Both the position numbers and the translations under genes were made by a program. Below, piece after piece: positions 19,151-24,954 of a stretch of DNA of 24,954 bases (position 1 is its first letter; every line of letters starts with the position of its first letter). Source of the stretch: an uncultured Thermoplasmatales archaeon (GTDB lineage Archaea > Thermoplasmatota > E2 > UBA202 > JdFR-43); contig CAZTWM010000001.1 in NCBI GenBank assembly GCA_964617935.1, forward strand, positions 1 to 24,954, in the 5' to 3' direction. Below the pieces are notes generated by a model. The model had not been told where the DNA came from and did not search any database. It saw nothing but the letters and a program-made list of their open reading frames with translations.

Positions 19151-20074
19151 TCATGCATGAACATGTGTCCCAGCCTTTCCTTCTAAAGCAATCCATGCAT
19201 TTTCTATGGATGTTATTATTGCCTCCTTCCCTCCATTTTTTATGAATTCAATGGCTGCCTCCACCTTTGGTCCCATAGAGCCCTGGGGAAAATGCCCCTC
19301 TGAATAATATCTTTCCATTTCTTCCACATTAACATCCATTAACCTTTCCTGATTTCTCTTTCCATAGTTTATGTAGATGTTTTCCACATCAGTGATTATT
19401 AGAAGTATATCTGCCCCGATTTCATTCGCCAGTTTCTGGGATGCCAAATCTTTATCTATTACTGCATCCACGCCTTTAAGGGAATCTCCTTTTTTAACCA
19501 CGGGAATTCCTCCGCCTCCTGCTGCTATCACCACTATCCTTTCCTCCATTATCTTTTTTATTGTATCAGATTCAACTATAGAGAGAGGTTTTGGAGAGGG
19601 CACGAGAATACGCCATCCTCCCTCCACCTTCCCCATGGTATACTGTTTTTTCAATTTCTCCGCCTCCTCATCTGAATATACAGGACCAACAGGCTTTGTT
19701 GGATTTTTGAAACCCTCATCATCTTCACTCACAACAACCTGAGTTATTATGGTTGCCACCTCCCTCCTTATACCCTGCCTCCTGAATTCATTGAGGAGGC
19801 ATTGCTGTATTATATATCCAATTTCTCCCTGGGTGAGGGCACCGAGAACATGGAGCGGCATTGGAGGGGTAACATTTATTGCCTCCTTTTGCTGGAGGAG
19901 AAGGGCACCCACCTGCGGTCCATTACCATGGGTTATACATATATGCCACCCATTTTTTATCATCTTTGCAATGGATTTTGCGGTCTTTTCCATTTCAGAA
20001 AACTGCTTTGTTATCTCCGCCTCCCTTTTCTTTCCTGTGAGAGCATTTCCGCCAAGAGCCACTATTGCTTTCAT
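19151..20074 (-). CDS. arcC: Carbamate kinase
   Basis: VALGGNAL, THGNGPQVG, GGGGIPV, AVIDKDLAS, SMGPKVEAA. Start 20074 is supported by a TATA box about 17-26 nt upstream. Confidence 0.95.
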   Translation of the reverse strand: MKAIVALGGNALTGKKREAEITKQFSEMEKTAKSIAKMIKNGWHICITHGNGPQVGALLLQQKEAINVTPPMPLHVLGALTQGEIGYIIQQCLLNEFRRQGIRREVATIITQVVVSEDDEGFKNPTKPVGPVYSDEEAEKLKKQYTMGKVEGGWRILVPSPKPLSIVESDTIKKIMEERIVVIAAGGGGIPVVKKGDSLKGVDAVIDKDLASQKLANEIGADILLIITDVENIYINYGKRNQERLMDVNVEEMERYYSEGHFPQGSMGPKVEAAIEFIKNGGKEAIITSIENAWIALEGKAGTHVHA

Positions 20075-20090
20075 AAAGTTAATATCGTGC

Positions 20091-20100
20091 ATATATAAAA
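20091..20100 (-). promoter_or_regulatory. TATA box for carbamate kinase
   Basis: TTTTATATAT on the minus strand upstream of ATG 20074. Confidence 0.5.
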
Positions 20101-20283
20101 ACTTCCATTTAAATATTGAAATTCATATGAGTTAAAATATGAGATTGTGGTAAAATGAATAACCATTTTTACATTATTATAACTGATAGAGAAGCAAAAT
20201 ATCTACCTATGCCATCTTCATTTGTTTCACAGAGTGAAAAAAGACAACAACTATTTAAGCAATGGGCTTTATAATTGCTGGAA

Positions 20284-21150
20284 ATGTGGAGAAGGAAAAT
20301 AGAAAGAATAGGGGAAAGGGCGATAGAAACAGAGTTTGCCCGCCAGGTTATAAGCCATATAAAGAACAACAGATTATTTCAGATTATTCAGAGGGAGATG
20401 GAGAGAATCCTGGCAAAAAAAATGATGGAAGAGATAAAAAAATATCCCATTCCCCAGCATATTGCCATAATAATGGATGGTAACAGAAGATACGCCATGG
20501 AGCAGGGAATGCCTCCCTATCAGGGGCACGAAATGGGAAAGGATAAACTGAAGGATGTAATAAAATGGTGTCATGAAGTGGGTATAAAAATTTTAACGGT
20601 ATTTGCCTTTTCCACCGATAATTTTAAAAGACCAAAAGAAGAAGTTGACCACCTCATGAAACTGTTTGAACAGGATTTGAAAAGAATGGCAGAGGATAAA
20701 AGAATAAAGGAAAATGAGGTGAGGGTAAAGGTGATTGGAGAAATAGATTTACTGCCTGATAAAGTAAAAAATGCAGCCCTGGAATTGATGAAGAAAACTG
20801 AAAATTATGATAAATACTACTTCAACATCGCCATAGGTTATGGAGGGAGGGAGGAAATAGTGGAGGCAATAAAGAAAATAGGTATGGATATTGAAAGAGG
20901 AAATTTGAAGCCAGAGGAAATAGATAAGGAGATAGTTTCCTCCTACCTGTATACGTCGGATCTCCCCTTTCCCGATCCCGATCTTGTTTTAAGAACATCA
21001 GGAGAGGAGAGGGTGTCCAATTTTCTTCTCTGGCAACTTGCCTACTCCGAATTATATTTTGCGGATGTTTACTGGCCCTCTTTCAGGAAAACAGATTTTT
21101 TAAAGGCGATCCAGTCATATCAGAGGAGGCAGAGGAGATATGGGAAGTAG
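20284..21150 (+). CDS. uppS: cis-prenyltransferase (UppS / polyprenyl diphosphate synthase)
   Basis: IPQHIAIIMDGNRRYA, GHEMG, TVFAFSTDNFKRPKEEV, IGYGGREEI, DPDLVLRTSGEERVSNFLLWQLAYSELYF. ATG 20284 is favoured by TTTAAG about 26-31 nt upstream; the alternative is TTG 20275. Confidence 0.95.
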   Translation: MWRRKIERIGERAIETEFARQVISHIKNNRLFQIIQREMERILAKKMMEEIKKYPIPQHIAIIMDGNRRYAMEQGMPPYQGHEMGKDKLKDVIKWCHEVGIKILTVFAFSTDNFKRPKEEVDHLMKLFEQDLKRMAEDKRIKENEVRVKVIGEIDLLPDKVKNAALELMKKTENYDKYYFNIAIGYGGREEIVEAIKKIGMDIERGNLKPEEIDKEIVSSYLYTSDLPFPDPDLVLRTSGEERVSNFLLWQLAYSELYFADVYWPSFRKTDFLKAIQSYQRRQRRYGK

Positions 21151-21508
21151 GGTGGCACAACTAACGTTTCTCGCAGGCATAATAATGCTTCTCCTTGCCC
21201 TTATTACAGGAGAGGGTAAAGGAGGTATCTTTATCATATTTCCCTTTTTTTATGGCTCGGGAATTTTCAGTATGGCGGGCATGCTCTTAATTTTCCTCTC
21301 TCTTGCCCTCTTCATTTTTTCTTTTCCCGAGAGAATGCTAAAGGAAAATGACATTCCAGAAATGGAAAAAGAAAGGAGAGCAGGGGGAATAATATTCATA
21401 GGTCCTATACCCATAATTTTTTCCACCGATGAAAGCATGGGAAAAACACTTGTTATAATATCAATGTTGATAATTCTCTTTCTTTTAATCTTCCTCCTGC
21501 TTTATTAA
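21140..21508 (+). CDS. DUF131/TIGR00304-family membrane protein
   Basis: GGIFIIFPFF and GGIIFIGPIPIIFSTD motifs, TM helices; overlaps the uppS stop. Confidence 0.8.
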   Translation: MGSRVAQLTFLAGIIMLLLALITGEGKGGIFIIFPFFYGSGIFSMAGMLLIFLSLALFIFSFPERMLKENDIPEMEKERRAGGIIFIGPIPIIFSTDESMGKTLVIISMLIILFLLIFLLLY

Positions 21509-22221
21509 GCAACCCTTCCCATCCTGAATGCTCCAGTAAGTCTTATTTCCTCTCCCTCAAGCAGATAATCAATCCAGTGACGGGATATGACCTCTCCACA
21601 TCCCTGAACACGTAATTGAAACCTCGCCCCTTCTTCCTTCATTTCTATAACTCCGTCCATGAGATGCTTTATTGTCTGCACCTCTATTTCCTCATGCATT
21701 CCTCTTGTCATGCTGAACATGGAAGTGGCGTTGCTTCTTTTGCACATCCCGCTGAGAACCTGCAGAAATCTGAATACAGCCTTTGCATCAGAATAAACAA
21801 TAAGGGTGGAAAGAGAATCAAAAATGATTCTGTATTTTGTTTCTTCCTTCTTGATTATTTGAATTATGGACGATGCTATTCTCTCCCTGTTTATGGGACT
21901 GTCCACAAATGTCGCCCATTCACTCTCCTCCTGCAGTTCCACACTGGGCGAATAAACATCTATATACCTTATTTTCCCATCCCTTTCATATTCCTCATAT
22001 TTTTTATCCAGTTTCAGCATCTCTTCCTTCATATCTTTAAATGATTTATCTGTAAGAATAAAAACCACATTTTCTCCTTCCTGCAATCCAGAAAGAGCAA
22101 AACGCTTGAGTATTATCTCCTTTCCTATAAAAGGCGGGGAATAAACCAGAACATTGCTTTTCAAAGGTATCCCACCTTTCAGAAGTTCATCCAGCCTCTC
22201 AATTCCTGTTTTAGCCAGCAT
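21505..22221 (-). CDS. KaiC/RAD55-like RecA-fold protein, degenerate ATPase motifs
   Basis: KTGIERLDELLKGGIP N-terminal signature; Walker A region SPPFIGKE; IDVYS; Walker B IIFDSLSTL; HLMDGVIEM. Confidence 0.85.
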   Translation of the reverse strand: MLAKTGIERLDELLKGGIPLKSNVLVYSPPFIGKEIILKRFALSGLQEGENVVFILTDKSFKDMKEEMLKLDKKYEEYERDGKIRYIDVYSPSVELQEESEWATFVDSPINRERIASSIIQIIKKEETKYRIIFDSLSTLIVYSDAKAVFRFLQVLSGMCKRSNATSMFSMTRGMHEEIEVQTIKHLMDGVIEMKEEGARFQLRVQGCGEVISRHWIDYLLEGEEIRLTGAFRMGRVA

Positions 22222-23365
22222 TTAAACACTCCAGAATTTTTTCCACCATTCTTTCAAATGCCTCATATACACCCCTTCTTTCTGTTGCAACCGTTTCCAC
22301 CACCTCCATATCCATGCCAAATCTTGCCTTTATTTCCTCCCTTCTCAGCGCGCCCGGCATGTCCTGCTTGTTGGCAACAATTACGCATGGCACACCAGAA
22401 AATTTTTCCAGCATTTTTTTAGCAAACTCAAATTCATTTGGCTTGGTGGAATCCACAACCAGAAATACCCCCATGGAGGAGGCGCCGAGTTTATCAAGTA
22501 ATGGAAGAAATCTTTCCTGCCCCGGTATGCCGAAAATCTCTGCCCTGTATCCCTTATAATCGGCGGTGGCATGTTCCACGCCAACGGTTGCCCCCATCCT
22601 TTCTATGGGAGTAAAACTCTTGGATATGGATTTTATAAAGGTTGTTTTTCCCGCCTGAAAAGGACCGATAACACTTATTTTTGGAATATATATACGGACT
22701 CCATCAGGTTTGAAAATTTTGAAATCGATTTTCTTGCCCTCATTTTCGTTCCAGTCAATTTTTTTGATTTCCATCCTCTGTCTTACACCAACATCCTCAA
22801 CCATGCTCACCTCAATTATTGCATTGAATAATCTCTTTATCATGTAAAGCAATGCTTCTTTATAGGGCCATGAAATGAAGTTGTAGATGGTGGCAAATCC
22901 TGCCGAGCCAGCGTCCTTGTTTATCCTTTCTATACCTTCAAGCGCATCTCTCTCTCCACACATATCAAGGAGGTTGGAAAGAGAATCAAATACTATTATT
23001 CCTCCTCCATTCTTTTCAATTATTTCCAGAATAACATCTTCATAACTCCTTATATCATGGGGTTCTTCCACCACATATTTTTCTTGGGTTGGAGCGCCCA
23101 CCAGAGAGGAATAGCCGTCTACCACTGTAAGATTGTCATATCTCTTCCTATCCCAGTTGAATTCGCTGAATTTTCTTTCCACATTCTTTGGAGAACTTTC
23201 AGATACTACATATATTCCCTTCCTTCCCATTTCAAGATTATGATGAAGAATATGTATGGCGATATCACTCTCCTCAACACCAGGCTCAATGCGGAAAACA
23301 ATGGACTTTCCGGGAGGTATACCTCCCAGATATTCATCCAGTTTTGGTATACCAGTTTCAATCAT
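22211..23365 (-). CDS. Fusion of degenerate KaiC/RAD55-like domain (about aa 1-225) and MglA-like small GTPase (about aa 228-384)
   Basis: N-terminal half: ETGIPKLDEYLGGIPPG, VDGYS, IVFDSLS. C-terminal half: GPFQAGKTT (G1), ATV (G2), FGIPGQERF (G3), ANKQD (G4), TVAT (G5). Confidence 0.9.
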   Translation of the reverse strand: MIETGIPKLDEYLGGIPPGKSIVFRIEPGVEESDIAIHILHHNLEMGRKGIYVVSESSPKNVERKFSEFNWDRKRYDNLTVVDGYSSLVGAPTQEKYVVEEPHDIRSYEDVILEIIEKNGGGIIVFDSLSNLLDMCGERDALEGIERINKDAGSAGFATIYNFISWPYKEALLYMIKRLFNAIIEVSMVEDVGVRQRMEIKKIDWNENEGKKIDFKIFKPDGVRIYIPKISVIGPFQAGKTTFIKSISKSFTPIERMGATVGVEHATADYKGYRAEIFGIPGQERFLPLLDKLGASSMGVFLVVDSTKPNEFEFAKKMLEKFSGVPCVIVANKQDMPGALRREEIKARFGMDMEVVETVATERRGVYEAFERMVEKILECLNAG

Positions 23366-23724
23366 TTTTTCTCCCGCAATACTTTCTCCACCCTCTTTGC
23401 ACCCTCTGCCAGCACATCATCCAGCTTACCAACGTCTCCTTTTGTTACAAGTGCTAAAAGAGCGAAAGGACCTGCCCCCATTGCTATTATCTTCCTCCCC
23501 TTCCCTTCCACAATGACTCTTTTTGGCACACCCCCGCCCACTTCATCCATCGCCACTTCAGCAGAACTGAGAAGGGTTGCAAGCATGGCGGCAAATGCCT
23601 CAGCATGAATTTCCTGCATATCGGAATATATCAGGAGCCCATCTCTTGAAACTATACATCCCCCCTCAACATCCCTTCCCGATTTCATATCAGTCAATAT
23701 CTTTTTGTATATATCCTCCTTCAT
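23362..23724 (-). CDS. Roadblock/LC7 domain protein (MglB-like)
   Basis: 120 aa; IVSRDGLLI, AAMLATLLSSAE, VIVEG...IIAMGAG..ALLALVT. The stop has an ATGA overlap with the GTPase fusion start. Confidence 0.9.
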   Translation of the reverse strand: MKEDIYKKILTDMKSGRDVEGGCIVSRDGLLIYSDMQEIHAEAFAAMLATLLSSAEVAMDEVGGGVPKRVIVEGKGRKIIAMGAGPFALLALVTKGDVGKLDDVLAEGAKRVEKVLREKK

Positions 23725-23748
23725 GATACCAGTTTAATAGAAAAAAGG

Positions 23749-23762
23749 TAATAAAACTTTCT
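23749..23762 (-). promoter_or_regulatory. BRE-TATA promoter of the Roadblock-KaiC/GTPase-KaiC operon
   Basis: The minus strand reads AGAAAG-TTTTATTA, with the TATA box ending 25 nt before ATG 23724; consistent with a leaderless transcript. Confidence 0.6.
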
Positions 23763-23832
23763 AAAAATTTATTTCGATGCTCTCGCCATTCAACTTTCAT
23801 TTTCTTCATGTATCAATTATTCATGCCCTGTA

Positions 23833-24723
23833 TTATTCTTCCTTCCTTGATATGTAATAAATTCCCCCTGCCAGAGATAATATGCCCAAAATCTGGAATG
23901 AGGTTATATTTTCATGCAGAATAAGGAAACCCAGCACAGCGGCGAAAAAGGGGGCAGAGAGTTCCATGGCGGAAACCTGTGCTGCCTTCAGGCGGCGCAA
24001 TCCTTCATAATAGAGGATTGTTCCAGTGCCGACTATGAAGCCAGTCATGATTTGGTAAATATTTGATATAATAAAGGCTGAGGTGGAAACAGTGTATATG
24101 AGAAATAAAAGGGAGGAGATGAAGAAGCGGTAGAATGCTGTTACCCCTCCATCAATGGAATGGAGATATTTTCTTGCCACCAGTGCTGTTGTTGCCCATG
24201 ATATGGTGGCAATGAGAACCATGGCATCTCCTGTTGTGCCTATGCGGAAGGACAATAGATTTTCAGGGGTTTTTGTTGTCACCATTATGCCCGAGAGAAT
24301 CATGAAAAATATTCCTCCATAGTCATAGGAGGTGAGTTTCTCTCTCAGAATAATAAAACCGAGGAGGATTATGAAGATGGGTTGCATATGCCCTATTATA
24401 ACGGCATTCACCACCGGAATTCTGGAGATGGCATAGAAATATAACAGGTCTGCAAATATTGTGCCCATGATGGCAATATAGATTATGGGAGGAAGATATC
24501 TTCTTTCCAGTTTCAGTTTTTTGTTTCTTACTGCCACATAAAAAAAGGCGATGACACAGGCAAAAACAGCCCTTACTGCCGATGTATGTAAAAAATCTGA
24601 ATTCTCATAGGCAATTTTTGCCGCCACAGGCTCCATAGCCCACATTACACTAGCAAAAAGTATGCACAAAATGCCGAGATTTTTACGATTTTTTAATATA
24701 CTATTCCACGATGAAGTTTTCAT
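23833..24723 (-). CDS. EamA/DMT family transporter (two-repeat)
   Basis: About 10 TM helices with two EamA repeats (QPIFIILLGFIILREKL; APFFAAVLGFLILHENI). The start is uncertain (ATG 24723 or GTG 24738); both overlap the upstream gene. Confidence 0.88.
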   Translation of the reverse strand: MKTSSWNSILKNRKNLGILCILFASVMWAMEPVAAKIAYENSDFLHTSAVRAVFACVIAFFYVAVRNKKLKLERRYLPPIIYIAIMGTIFADLLYFYAISRIPVVNAVIIGHMQPIFIILLGFIILREKLTSYDYGGIFFMILSGIMVTTKTPENLLSFRIGTTGDAMVLIATISWATTALVARKYLHSIDGGVTAFYRFFISSLLFLIYTVSTSAFIISNIYQIMTGFIVGTGTILYYEGLRRLKAAQVSAMELSAPFFAAVLGFLILHENITSFQILGILSLAGGIYYISRKEE

Positions 24724-24954
24724 CCAGTTTGTTATCACTTGCCAGTAAAAATTCCTTGCTCATGTGTAAGGCATCGACAGGACACACATCATTGCACTGG
24801 CTGCAGAATATGCATCTCCCTATATATATCCTTATCTTCTTTTCCTCCTCTTTGAACTCTATGGCTTTTGCAGGACATACCTTTATGCACATTCTGCACC
24901 CTATGCATTTTTCTCTGTCATATGTTATTTTACCTCTGAAATCTTCAGGCACTT
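24701..24954 (-). CDS. 2x[4Fe-4S] NuoI-like subunit (MbhN/MbxN-type) of a complex I-related membrane oxidoreductase, 5' truncated
   Basis: PEDFRGKITYDREKCIGCRMCIKVCP ... RCIFCSQCNDVCP: two CxxCxxCxxxCP motifs with the NuoI-type FRG prefix. Confidence 0.85.
   Translation of the reverse strand, partial: VPEDFRGKITYDREKCIGCRMCIKVCPAKAIEFKEEEKKIRIYIGRCIFCSQCNDVCPVDALHMSKEFLLASDNKLDENFIVE

Noticed and set aside
21140-21508. DUF131 protein as membrane anchor of the GTPase system
   Set aside because: It is convergently transcribed (stops overlap in TTAA at 21505-21508) and coupled to uppS; there is no evidence of a functional link.
21505-23365. Circadian clock (KaiABC) interpretation
   Set aside because: These are single-domain KaiC-like proteins with degenerate ATPase motifs, and there is no KaiB or KaiA. 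They belong to the broader archaeal KaiC/RAD55 group.
1-24954. CRISPR arrays, IS elements, defence systems
   Set aside because: I found no regularly spaced repeat-spacer arrays, terminal inverted repeats, transposase or recognisable defence genes.

Overview
Archaeal chromosomal segment, most likely Thermoplasmatota. The evidence is archaeal uL16/L10e, archaeal-type UMP kinase, a Hef helicase, archaetidylserine synthase, a DUF5611-like protein, a bacterial-type gyrase and TATA/BRE promoters. The lineage below phylum level is an inference; a DHVEG/MBG-D-like peptide fermenter fits. It is mostly housekeeping and peptide-catabolism DNA: gcvPA/PB, pyrH, cyclophilin, Hef, tRNA-Phe, rpl16, gyrBA, hisS, carbamate kinase, uppS, two EamA transporters, two secreted proteases and the end of an Mbh/Mbx/Nuo-type operon. 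I found no CRISPR array, transposase or prophage. The best candidate for an under-described system is a tightly overlapped three-gene operon at 21505-23724: a Roadblock/LC7 (MglB-like) protein, a degenerate KaiC/RAD55 domain fused to an MglA-like small GTPase, and a second degenerate KaiC/RAD55 protein. The second highlight is a tRNA-Phe whose first 10 nt contain the stop codon of the upstream regulator gene and which ends 5 nt before the pssA start codon. All family assignments come from motif recognition by eye; no database searches were run.
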